Of a DNA stretch of 64,000 nt, positions 19,960 to 29,370 are shown in pieces. The stretch is taken from positions 23,336 through 87,335 of the forward strand of contig URZE01000003.1 in NCBI GenBank assembly GCA_900552265.1, read 5' to 3'. The stretch comes from an uncultured Oscillospiraceae bacterium (GTDB lineage Bacteria > Bacillota > Clostridia > Oscillospirales > Acutalibacteraceae). The position numbers were made by a program, and so were the translations under genes. The notes under the pieces were generated by a model. The model was not told where the DNA came from and did not search any database. It worked only from the letters and a program-made list of their open reading frames with translations. The stretch's first letter is position 1. Each line of letters opens with the position of its first letter.

Positions 19960-22296
19960 GTGACGAAGAAATTGAAAAACGAAGCTGTTAAAACTTATGG
20001 TAAAATTTTTGATTTTGCAAAAAATTGTTCGATGAAGTTGCTTTTTGTTAAAGCAATGTACTTTGTTTCAGGAATTTTAATTTCTCGAGGTAGTGTTTTG
20101 GGAAGTTATTATCCGTTCGGAATATCTTTATCGGCATCAGTTCCGGGAGCAGTAATAACACCGGCAGTTGTGGGAACGCTTTTGGGTTATCTTTTTCCGT
20201 TAAGACTTGCAGTAAGTGTGAGATACATATCTACAGTAATAGCAGTTGCAGCAATTCGCTGGGCACTAAGTGACCTTAATAAAATAAAAAAACATGCTTT
20301 ATACACGCCATCAATTGTGTTTATTTCGGTTTTTGTAACGGGATTCGCCATAAATTCAGCCGAAGGACTTGATGCTCGTGATGTTTCTTTAAGTGTCTTG
20401 GAAGCTTTTGTTGCGGCAGTTGCGGCTTATTTCTTTGATAGATCTTTTAGAATTTTGTCTGAGAGAAAAATTTATACATTAAATTCCAAAGAATTTATGT
20501 GTTTGTCTTTAAGTTTTAGTATGGTTTCTTTATCTCTTTCTGGATTGTGTATAGGAGGAATTTCCGTAGGAAGAATTTTGGCAACCGTGATGATTTTGAT
20601 TTCTTCATACATAATGGGAATTACCGGTGGAGCAATTTCAGGAATTTCCTGTGGAGTAATTTTCAGTTTACCATCGTTTGGTTTTACATATCTTTCGGGA
20701 GCATATGCTTTTGGAGGAATGGTTTCCGGATTTTGTTCATCATTTGGAAGAATTGGGATATGTATGGCGTTTTTATGCGCAAATACTCTAATGTCTTTTC
20801 AGGCAGGAAATACGGTAAAAATGGTAAGTGGCTTCTACGAAACTATAATTGCCGTAGGAATATTTTTGGCTTTACCGAATGCATTTTATAAAAAATTTAA
20901 AACACTTTCGCCGTCATTTTCAAAAATTTGTGATGCAGATGCTTTGAGAAAATCTGTAGTTCAAAAATTAAGATTTGCAAGTGCTTCACTCGGCTCTGTA
21001 CCGGAATGTATAGAAAAAGCTTCTTCTGAATTTTCAGCATCAAATAAAATTGATTCAAAGAGTATTTGTGTGGCAGGAGCGTATAAGATTTGTCGATCAT
21101 GTGGACTTTGCGGTTTATGCTGGTCTAAAAACAGTGATGATACTCACAGAAACTTCAATACGATGACAGATTTGATTTTGCAAAATCGTAATGTCACTTC
21201 CAAAGATTTTTCTTCTGGATTTTTAAGTAGGTGTCATAAAACCGATTTGCTTATAGAAAATTCTTTAAAATCCTATCATGATTTTTGTGTTCAAAATACC
21301 GCTCGCAGACAAATAAGTGAATTTAAAAAAATTATGACCGAACAAATGAGCGGAATAAGTTCACTTATAGAAAATATTTCAGACGATATTTCACATACGT
21401 GTACTTTTGATGAAACTTTGGCCATGAGCATAACAAATGAACTTGCAGATCGTGGCATAGGCGTTATCGGGACAGTTTGCAAAAAAGATGAAAACGGTAA
21501 GCTTTTCATAGATATTGAATGTGAGTCAATTATATACGATAAATTTGACTCAAAAGTTTTTGAACTAATTTCTAAAATTTGTAATAAAAAATTAAGTGAA
21601 CCCACAATGAATATTTTAGGTAATTTATGTAGAATTCAACTTTGCGAAAAGAAAGTTTTAGCTGTTGACTTTGGGTTTAGCCAGCACTCTTTCAATAACG
21701 GTAAATACTGCGGCGACAGTTGTACAAAATTCGAAGATGGAGAAGGTAATTTTAACGTAATAATCAGCGACGGAATGGGAACCGGAGGCTCAGCAGCAGC
21801 TCAAGGTGCAATGACTTCAGGTTTGATGAAAAGTTTTGTAAGATCGGGAATAGATTTTGATTCTTCCGTCAAATTTGTAAACTCAGCACTTCTTCTCAGA
21901 CCCGGTGAAGAAAATCTTTCTACTTTGGATGCATTTTCTGTAAATCTTTTTACCGGAGAAGCTAAATTTATGAAAGCCGGTTCACCGCTTACTTTCATTG
22001 TTCATAATGAAGAAATAAGTAAAATAGATTTTGAATCTCTACCGATAGGAATACTTAGTAATGTTTCTTTTTCTTCTCAAAAGTTAAAACTTTGTGAAGG
22101 AGACTGGATAATAATGATGTCAGATGGAGTAACGGATATAGGTGACGAATGGATAAAAGAGCTTATAAACTCCAAGAAATATGATACTGCTGAAGAGTTG
22201 GCTCGTATGATAGTGAAAAGTGCTGTCCTGATTCGCAGTAAAGTTCACGATGATGACATTACAGCTGCAGTAATTAAAATTTCGAAAAGAATTTGA
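19960..22296 (+). CDS. spoIIE: stage II sporulation protein E (SpoIIE), membrane-anchored PP2C phosphatase
   Basis: 778 aa. About 10 N-terminal TM helices, central regulatory region, C-terminal PP2C domain (ISDGMGTGGSAA...MMSDGVTD). Start is GTG at 19960 or TTG at 19972 (GAGGTG RBS). Confidence 0.85.
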   Translation: MTKKLKNEAVKTYGKIFDFAKNCSMKLLFVKAMYFVSGILISRGSVLGSYYPFGISLSASVPGAVITPAVVGTLLGYLFPLRLAVSVRYISTVIAVAAIRWALSDLNKIKKHALYTPSIVFISVFVTGFAINSAEGLDARDVSLSVLEAFVAAVAAYFFDRSFRILSERKIYTLNSKEFMCLSLSFSMVSLSLSGLCIGGISVGRILATVMILISSYIMGITGGAISGISCGVIFSLPSFGFTYLSGAYAFGGMVSGFCSSFGRIGICMAFLCANTLMSFQAGNTVKMVSGFYETIIAVGIFLALPNAFYKKFKTLSPSFSKICDADALRKSVVQKLRFASASLGSVPECIEKASSEFSASNKIDSKSICVAGAYKICRSCGLCGLCWSKNSDDTHRNFNTMTDLILQNRNVTSKDFSSGFLSRCHKTDLLIENSLKSYHDFCVQNTARRQISEFKKIMTEQMSGISSLIENISDDISHTCTFDETLAMSITNELADRGIGVIGTVCKKDENGKLFIDIECESIIYDKFDSKVFELISKICNKKLSEPTMNILGNLCRIQLCEKKVLAVDFGFSQHSFNNGKYCGDSCTKFEDGEGNFNVIISDGMGTGGSAAAQGAMTSGLMKSFVRSGIDFDSSVKFVNSALLLRPGEENLSTLDAFSVNLFTGEAKFMKAGSPLTFIVHNEEISKIDFESLPIGILSNVSFSSQKLKLCEGDWIIMMSDGVTDIGDEWIKELINSKKYDTAEELARMIVKSAVLIRSKVHDDDITAAVIKISKRI

Positions 22297-22594
22297 TATA
22301 TTTTACTTTTTAAAATGAAATTACGGAGTAAAATTTATGCTTGTATTTTTTGATTAGTTAAAAAGAAATTTAACATATTTATTTAGAGATTAACTGCTTT
22401 TATGTAGTTAGTCTTATTTTTTACTATAATTTTTAAATTTAATTTAAAAAATTAATTATGTATTAAAATTTAGATATGGTTTTATTTATAAAATTATGAT
22501 ACAATTAGGATATTAATTAAATTTGGTTTAAGACAGTGATTATTTTTATTAATAACTAGTATCACCATAATTTATAGAATCAGGAGAAATTAAA

Positions 22595-23056
22595 ATGAAT
22601 AAAAAATTATTAGAAAAATTAAAACAAACAGGTCTTATGGAAAAAATAGTTGATTGTAGTAACAAAAAGGAAATCAAAAAGATTAACAATGAAGAAATAA
22701 ACAACCAAATTAACAAAATTCCTTTCACAATATCTAAGATAGATGAAGAAGATATGGAAAATATTTCAGGAGGAATTGGAGAAATTCGAGATACACTTGC
22801 TCACCTTATCGACAACATCGGATATGGAATTTATAGATTCAATAACACAAATGAAAAAGCAATAGAAGACTATAATTTTAAAGACAAAATTATTGATAAT
22901 TTTCAATTGTTCACGCTTAAACATTCTGAAGATATAGCAAATGTAACACTAGGAGCAGTAATTATAACAGGATGGGTTATGTTGGGACGTTTTGTATATA
23001 AAAAGCTGGGTAATAAAAAGGATTGGTGGAAAAATAACACAATTAGTAAAAATTAA
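22595..23056 (+). CDS. double-glycine leader precursor protein (Nif11-like 59-aa leader; 94-aa core with one TM helix and a basic tail)
   Basis: 153 aa. Leader ends IDEEDMENISGG. Core contains VTLGAVIITGWVMLGRFVYKKL. The core is paralogous to the next ORF's core. RBS AGGAG. Confidence 0.55.
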   Translation: MNKKLLEKLKQTGLMEKIVDCSNKKEIKKINNEEINNQINKIPFTISKIDEEDMENISGGIGEIRDTLAHLIDNIGYGIYRFNNTNEKAIEDYNFKDKIIDNFQLFTLKHSEDIANVTLGAVIITGWVMLGRFVYKKLGNKKDWWKNNTISKN

Positions 23057-23231
23057 TTATAAATCTATATTAGCGATAAAATAAGTTTTTTATACAAAAA
23101 TTTCGTGCAAAACATAATTAAACTAGGTTTTGTTATGGTACGTATTAAAATTCATCAATTATTCAATCAGTTTAGTAGTTTATAATTAAATATTTATTAA
23201 AAATAATTTAAATTATTAATAAAAATTACTG

Positions 23232-23260
23232 TTGACAATTCTAGTAAAAAAGGTTATAAT
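23232..23260 (+). promoter_or_regulatory. consensus sigma-A promoter TTGACA-17 bp-TATAAT upstream of the second GG-leader gene
   Basis: gttgacaattctagtaaaaaaggttataat is a perfect match to both hexamers with optimal spacing. Confidence 0.55.
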
Positions 23261-23319
23261 TATAACTGTAACTTAATAAAATTAAAGATATTTTAAATTT
23301 AATTACAGTGGAGGTAAAA

Positions 23320-23691
23320 ATGAAAGAGATTAGAAAAAATTTGAACAATAATAAAATATCCAGAATAAGTGATGAAGATATGGAAAGTATTTTTGGTGGA
23401 AGTTCCACATTTGATAAGTTAAATACACTAAATAGGGATATGCGTGTTGCCCTGTTTAAACATGCCAACAGTAGAATTAGCGGGGTACCGGAATCAGACT
23501 ATGGTTATAAACATAAATTTTTACGTCAAGTTGGCATAAATTCTCAAGGTATAGTAGATACTGCCATGTTATCAACTCTAGTGATAGGGATAGTTTTCGC
23601 AGAACGATTATTCTGCAAACTTACTAATAAATTACTTACAAGAAATACTAATCATGTAAAAAATAATACTACTCCTAATCCAGTTGACTAA
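23320..23691 (+). CDS. double-glycine leader precursor protein (27-aa classic GG leader; 96-aa core with one TM helix)
   Basis: Likely ATG start at 23320 with GGAGG RBS (the ORF track starts at the GTG at 23308). Leader MKEIRKNLNNNKISRISDEDMESIFGG. Core has TM DTAMLSTLVIGIVFAERLFCKL. Confidence 0.55.
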   Translation: MKEIRKNLNNNKISRISDEDMESIFGGSSTFDKLNTLNRDMRVALFKHANSRISGVPESDYGYKHKFLRQVGINSQGIVDTAMLSTLVIGIVFAERLFCKLTNKLLTRNTNHVKNNTTPNPVD

Positions 23692-24228
23692 CACTCATTT
23701 TGTATGACGCTTGTGATCATTAAAAATTAATTGAACTTTTAAGTTGTGCTAGATACTATAATAAGTAAATTTTATCTCAATTTCATATTTTACACAATTC
23801 TTATAACCCTTTAATAACCCTTTACACACAGCATTTCTATTAAAAATCAAAGTCTTTACTCATACACTTAAGATTAACGCAGTTTCTGTCTACTTGTCTG
23901 GTTTTTATTATTGTTGACTGTTACAAAACTTTATTATCGCTGTGTGTTTGATTCTATTTTTAGATATAAATCTTGCTGTATTTGTACGATTCCGATTTTT
24001 GTTGTTAAATGTAGTAGTAAAAATTCATGTTACTCGTTTTTAGTTTGCTCTTTTTGATTTTTGGCAACTTGTGTGTTTTTGGTTGTTATATCAAAAAGAG
24101 CTTTTGTGTGCAAAAATTTGTAAAACACACTGTTATTTAAATAAATTTCAATAAAAATTGACACAAATAAAGTTTAAAAATAAGCTATATTCAAAAATAA
24201 GTATACTTGCAATACTAAACAATAAATG

Positions 24229-24251
24229 AGCCTCCTCTTTTTGAGGAGGCT
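24229..24251. terminator. bidirectional rho-independent terminator (agcctcctc-ttttt-gaggaggct)
   Basis: Perfect 9-bp GC-rich stem, 21 nt downstream of the ABC2 stop. Lies between the convergent precursor genes and the transporter operon. Confidence 0.7.
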
Positions 24252-24271
24252 TGAATTGCATTTTATAAAAA

Positions 24272-26434
24272 TTACTGAACTACTTGACGAACAGCTAATT
24301 CATAAAACTCACCTTTTTTATCCATAAGGTCATCATAAGTTCCTTCTTCTACTATTTTTCCTTTATCCATAACAAGGATTCTGTCACAATTTTTTATTGT
24401 AGAAAGTCTGTGAGCTATCACAATCCTTGTACTTTTAAGCTGAGATATACTGTTTACCACATGACTTTGAGTTATGTTATCAAGAGCAGATGTAGCTTCA
24501 TCCAAAAACAATATTGAAGGTCTATTTATAATCGCTCGAGCTATCATAAGTCTTTGTTTCTGTCCTCCGGAAAGTCCTCCCGAACCTTCGGAAATCAGCG
24601 TATGCATACCCATTGGCATTGCTTTTATATCATTATCTATTCCTGCCAAACGAGCTGCTTCCCATGCATCATCCATTGTTTTCCAGGGTGATGTTATTAT
24701 TATGTTGGAAAAAATGTCACTCGGGAACAACGAACCGTTTTGCATTACCACGCCTATTTTTTGACGAACACTTCTAAGATCAAGTCCGGAAAGATCATGG
24801 CCGTCATAATACACCGCTCCGGTGTCAGGATCCTCAAATCCGAGTAAAATTCTCATCAAAGTTGATTTTCCGCAACCTGTTTTTCCTACTATTGCAACAT
24901 ATTCTCCCTTTTTCACTTTAAGGTTTATGTTATCAAGAATTGTCGGACCGTCTTTATCATATTTAAAAGAAATATTATTAACTTCAATATTTCCGGAAAG
25001 AGATGTCGGAATTTTACGTCCGGCGCTGCTTTCGGGTTTTTGTTCCATAACAGGTTTAATCATCTTCAATATAGGACCGAGATTGGCAAATTTAAGAGCT
25101 ACCGCACTAAGTGACATTATTGCCCCCGTAACCGAACCGTAAGCGGTATTGAATCCCATATAATCCTCTAAGCTTACATGAGTTGTAACTGTACAATAAT
25201 ATAATACCATTTGTCCCACTGTAGATATTATCAGGCCTATAATACCGCTTATTTTTATGAGAAGTGGCGGAGAATAATCAAGTTTTTCTACCTCAGAATA
25301 ACTCTCAGCCCATTTTGCAAAGGCTCTTTTCTCGGAACCGGTAACTTTTATCTTCTGTATACCTCCGAAAAGAGCGTATGTCAGAGATTGTAATTTTGGA
25401 TCAAGGTCAAGTCTTTTTTTGTATATCTTTTGTCTGTAAAGAGTTATAAATACCTGATAAACAACTGTAACCACCACGATAATCATTCCCGGTACCACAA
25501 GTGATGGTCCGTATTGATACATCTGGAAGAAATATGCCAAAGAGAAAACAGCTGAAAGAGTAGCTGAAAATGATTCTCTGATTATCTGACAAAGAGTAGC
25601 TATATACCCCATTCGGCTTGCAAGTTCACCGGCAGTGTAACTTTTGAAAAACTTAGTCGGCAAAGTGAAAAAACGTATCATTATTGCACTGTTAACCGAA
25701 ATAGTCATCCTCGTGCTAAGGCGATTCGAAACTATACTGTTCGTAATCGACATAAGCGTTTCTCCTACAGTTTTTCCTATGAAGAATGCAGCCAACGGCC
25801 AAATAAGCGAAAGTGTACCTGAAGGAATTATGTTTTTATATATAATTTTCTGAATAATAGGACCCGTCATTCCAAGCAACTGAGCAACTGCATACGCTGA
25901 TAAAATAAATACGACATCTATAAAAGACAAGCTTTCTATCATAAATTTTATCAAATCACGTATTTTAAGGGACGTCAGAGGGAACGCACGATAAAAACAA
26001 AAAGCGTCTACATTTATATCCTTTGCAGTTTTGCTGTTTACTTTTATCTTATTTCCATCTGCATTTATATATTCGTATCCTCCCCACTTACGAGGGAAAA
26101 TCGCAACCACATTCCCATCTTTAGTTGAACCTAAAAGACATCCCATACTGTCTTTCCACCACTCACCGTTAAGCTCCACACGTCTTCTCATAGTGTTTGA
26201 CGGTTTGAGCATGTAATCAAGCTGAGCGTCTAAAGTAGCTACACTGTCAGGAACCGTTGGAATTTCTTTTCCGAGATATCTGAGTATCTGAGCAACAGCT
26301 CCCTTAGCTTGTTTATGCATTTTGGGTGTATCTATACCTACAATCGAAAGCAAATCCGAAAATGCTCCTTGAAACATCTCATCATCGCTTCTTCTTCTTC
26401 TTTGAACCTGACTTTCCAAAAAATTTGTTTCCAT
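24272..26434 (-). CDS. NHLM-type bacteriocin-system ABC transporter, ATP-binding/permease with degenerate N-terminal peptidase-like domain (ABC2)
   Basis: 720 aa. N-terminal ~170 aa resemble the C-terminal half of a C39 domain but lack the catalytic Cys/His. Then 6 TM and an NBD (GKTGCGKST, LSGGQKQRLMIARA, ILFLDEATSALD). Confidence 0.75.
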   Translation of the reverse strand: METNFLESQVQRRRRSDDEMFQGAFSDLLSIVGIDTPKMHKQAKGAVAQILRYLGKEIPTVPDSVATLDAQLDYMLKPSNTMRRRVELNGEWWKDSMGCLLGSTKDGNVVAIFPRKWGGYEYINADGNKIKVNSKTAKDINVDAFCFYRAFPLTSLKIRDLIKFMIESLSFIDVVFILSAYAVAQLLGMTGPIIQKIIYKNIIPSGTLSLIWPLAAFFIGKTVGETLMSITNSIVSNRLSTRMTISVNSAIMIRFFTLPTKFFKSYTAGELASRMGYIATLCQIIRESFSATLSAVFSLAYFFQMYQYGPSLVVPGMIIVVVTVVYQVFITLYRQKIYKKRLDLDPKLQSLTYALFGGIQKIKVTGSEKRAFAKWAESYSEVEKLDYSPPLLIKISGIIGLIISTVGQMVLYYCTVTTHVSLEDYMGFNTAYGSVTGAIMSLSAVALKFANLGPILKMIKPVMEQKPESSAGRKIPTSLSGNIEVNNISFKYDKDGPTILDNINLKVKKGEYVAIVGKTGCGKSTLMRILLGFEDPDTGAVYYDGHDLSGLDLRSVRQKIGVVMQNGSLFPSDIFSNIIITSPWKTMDDAWEAARLAGIDNDIKAMPMGMHTLISEGSGGLSGGQKQRLMIARAIINRPSILFLDEATSALDNITQSHVVNSISQLKSTRIVIAHRLSTIKNCDRILVMDKGKIVEEGTYDDLMDKKGEFYELAVRQVVQ

Positions 26435-26447
26435 GTCCGCTCACCTC

Positions 26448-28628
26448 CTATTCCGTTATTACGAGTTCTTTATATTTTCCGCCTTGAGCCATAAGTTCAT
26501 CGTGAGTACCACGCTCGGCAACCCTACCATGATCTAACACAATTATTTCATTACAGTCACGTATGGTTGAAAGCCTATGAGCAATGACTATACATGTGCA
26601 GCCTGATTTTCTTATATTGCTCATTACGATATTTTCGGTTTTAGCATCAAGCGCAGATGTTGCTTCGTCAAGAATGATAACCGTAGGTTCCTGAGCAAGA
26701 GCTCGAGCAATTTCAATACGCTGACACTGACCTCCTGAAAAATCTGTTCCGCCTTCGCTTATTACGTGGTCGTAACCATCAGGTCTCGAAATTATGGCGC
26801 TGTGTATGTCGGAATCTCTCGCAGCTAAAGTTACAGAGAAATCCTCTATAGACTCATCCCACATTCTTATGTTATTTTTAACGGTATCGTGAAACATTAT
26901 TTTGTCCTGGTCAACCATTACTACCGAACTGTGAAATTTATATGGATCTATTTGATCCTTTTTCATTCCATCGAAAGTTATTTCACCTTCCCATGGTTTG
27001 TAAAGACCCGTTATCAATTTTGCAACGGTTGATTTTCCGCTTCCGCTTCCTCCTACAACCGCAACCCACTGTCCCGGTTTAAGACTCATGTTAAAATCTT
27101 CAAGAATCGGTTTTGCAAGCCTTCCGTATCCAAATGTTATTCCTTTTACATTTACATAACCCTTTAATTTTGTGTCATCTTTGACACTTTCTTCACTTAC
27201 TTCCGGAACATCTACCGGATAATCCAAAACGTCTTCAACACGCTCCATTTCACAGCGCATTCCAATATAGTTTTGATATATGTCTATAATGCTTCCCACA
27301 GGGCTCAAAAACATCGACAAATATCCTTGAAATGCTCCCAGCATACCTACCGTGAAATGTCCCTGCATAATGATATAAATACCGCAGAGAACTAAAATAC
27401 ATCCAGAAATGCTATCGACAAATGACGGAATCGTTCCGATATACTGTGTAAACTTGGACATATTTGCAACAGCATTATTTTGCTTCGCAAAATATCCTGC
27501 CCATCTTTCAAAATATCCGCTTTCCGCTCCAGTGGATTTTATTGTTTCTATCATCTCAAATCCGGAATACGTTACACTCATGAGTTTTCCCTGATTAGGC
27601 ATTGAAGCTCTTTGAAAATCAAGCATCTTCTCTGACATATATCTTGCCAAAAACATATTTATGGCAGTTGCTCCGATTCCTATCAAAGTAAGAACCCAGC
27701 TATATTTAATCATAATGAAAAGGTAAAAGAAAAGAGAAACTATTCCACTGAACATAGGTGCTATTTTATGAATAAGAGTAAGCGCTATAGATGAGGTGGA
27801 ATCCTGACGTGAAACAACGTCTCCAACATTACGTTGAGAAAAGAAATCTAACGGTAACCGGAGAACATGCCACATGAATTCCGCACTGGAAGTAAGGGCA
27901 AATTTTCCTTCTATCTTAAGCCAGTAAATAGAATTTATAATACCTACCAAAACTTGTACAAGAAGTACAACTCCCATAATTCCTAAAAACGGCATCAGCC
28001 ATTCGGGATTTTTCCCTGTAAGTAGATTATCCGTAAATACACGTGTAAACATTGGTGAAGTGGTTGCAATAACGTCTCCCACTACGCTTATAATTACTGC
28101 CAATACAAACGGTACAAGCGCTCCTTTAAGACACCTCTTAGCAAATGAGAAAACACTCTTCGGCTTTCCCTCGGGTTTAAATTCTTCCGTTGGTTGCATA
28201 GTAAGTGCAATTCCCGTAAAAGCCTTATCAAATTCTTCCCCTGAAACCGTTACTTTTCCTCTTGCCGGATCGTTAATGTAATACTTATTCTTTTTTTCGT
28301 TTATACCGCACAGCACAACAAAGTGATTGAAATTCCAATGGATTATTACAGGTAAAGTCAAAGAACTCAAAGATGATGGCTCAAGTCTATACCCTCCCGA
28401 TTCAAATCCATAAGAACGTGCTGCAGCAAGCATATTCTTAGCTACACTACCGTCACGTGAAACTCCGCAATCTGCACGAACTTGAGTTAAAGGAATCCAT
28501 TTCTTGTAGTAAGCGGCTATCATACATACACACGCTGCTCCACATTCAAGAGCTTCCATCTGCATTACAATCGGCACTTTCAACCTTTTGCGTAACATCA
28601 GTACGCACCTCCTATCATTTATTTTCAA
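26448..28628 (-). CDS. peptidase-containing ABC transporter (C39 double-glycine peptidase + permease + ATPase), NHLM ABC1 / PCAT
   Basis: 726 aa. N-terminal C39 domain with intact catalytic triad context (QMEALECGAACVCMIAAYY; NHFVVLCGI; YINDP). TMD. NBD (GGSGSGKST, FSGGQCQRIEIARA, VIILDEATSALD). Overlaps the upstream HlyD-like gene by 14 nt. Confidence 0.85.
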   Translation of the reverse strand: MKINDRRCVLMLRKRLKVPIVMQMEALECGAACVCMIAAYYKKWIPLTQVRADCGVSRDGSVAKNMLAAARSYGFESGGYRLEPSSLSSLTLPVIIHWNFNHFVVLCGINEKKNKYYINDPARGKVTVSGEEFDKAFTGIALTMQPTEEFKPEGKPKSVFSFAKRCLKGALVPFVLAVIISVVGDVIATTSPMFTRVFTDNLLTGKNPEWLMPFLGIMGVVLLVQVLVGIINSIYWLKIEGKFALTSSAEFMWHVLRLPLDFFSQRNVGDVVSRQDSTSSIALTLIHKIAPMFSGIVSLFFYLFIMIKYSWVLTLIGIGATAINMFLARYMSEKMLDFQRASMPNQGKLMSVTYSGFEMIETIKSTGAESGYFERWAGYFAKQNNAVANMSKFTQYIGTIPSFVDSISGCILVLCGIYIIMQGHFTVGMLGAFQGYLSMFLSPVGSIIDIYQNYIGMRCEMERVEDVLDYPVDVPEVSEESVKDDTKLKGYVNVKGITFGYGRLAKPILEDFNMSLKPGQWVAVVGGSGSGKSTVAKLITGLYKPWEGEITFDGMKKDQIDPYKFHSSVVMVDQDKIMFHDTVKNNIRMWDESIEDFSVTLAARDSDIHSAIISRPDGYDHVISEGGTDFSGGQCQRIEIARALAQEPTVIILDEATSALDAKTENIVMSNIRKSGCTCIVIAHRLSTIRDCNEIIVLDHGRVAERGTHDELMAQGGKYKELVITE

Positions 28629-29202
28629 ATATCAACTCATAGAGCTTTGTTTCTCCTACAACTGCGGATACTTCACAATTGGTACCCTCAACAATTTCAA
28701 TTTCATTTCCTTTGTCGTTGGACCATTCTCCGAGAGCAATTTCAACCTCCATTACATTCCCATGTTGCATCGCAGAACTTACAAGAGGAACCACAACCTG
28801 AGGATTACCGAATTTTTCATTCAAATAATCACCGGTTACTATATCATCACTGATTCTAAGTATTGTTCCATTCATATAACCATATTCTGAACTTGGTGCG
28901 TCCTCAGGAGAAATCCTTGCAGACATTCCTTCTTTCAAACGTTTACTTGCCGAAATTGGAACATAACAATAAATTCTTTGTGAATTACTTACATCCTTAG
29001 CGATTACCCCTTGCATATCTACGGTTTTCGGAATTCCTCCTGAAAAAATCCATATCGCTCCTGCAGACAGAATAGTAAATATTCCGATAAGTATAGCTAT
29101 CAGGCTGGGATTGACTACTTTAATGTATTCGTTAAGCTGTTCCGGCGAAGAAACTCTCTCCAACGAACTTTTTCGAAATAAACTACTTTCATTTTCTGAC
29201 AT
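28615..29202 (-). CDS. short HlyD-family membrane fusion/secretion adaptor protein
   Basis: about 195 aa. N-terminus LERVSSPEQLNEYIKVVNPSLIAILIGIFTILSAGAIWIFSG is the HlyD-family signature region plus one TM. Short beta-rich periplasmic part with no long coiled coil. Probable ATG start at 29202 (RBS AAGGAAAGGTG). Confidence 0.6.
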   Translation of the reverse strand: MSENESSLFRKSSLERVSSPEQLNEYIKVVNPSLIAILIGIFTILSAGAIWIFSGGIPKTVDMQGVIAKDVSNSQRIYCYVPISASKRLKEGMSARISPEDAPSSEYGYMNGTILRISDDIVTGDYLNEKFGNPQVVVPLVSSAMQHGNVMEVEIALGEWSNDKGNEIEIVEGTNCEVSAVVGETKLYELIFENK

Positions 29203-29370
29203 ATTTCTCACCTTTCCTTAAATCTTTATTTTATTAAACACACTGTACTTTACTATTTAAAAATAATAATATAAAAATATTCTCAAGTCAATATATTTTT
29301 GGTGATTTATATATAAAACAACAACAAAATAACAGACCTTTCATATAAAAAATCTGTTATATATCATTTT

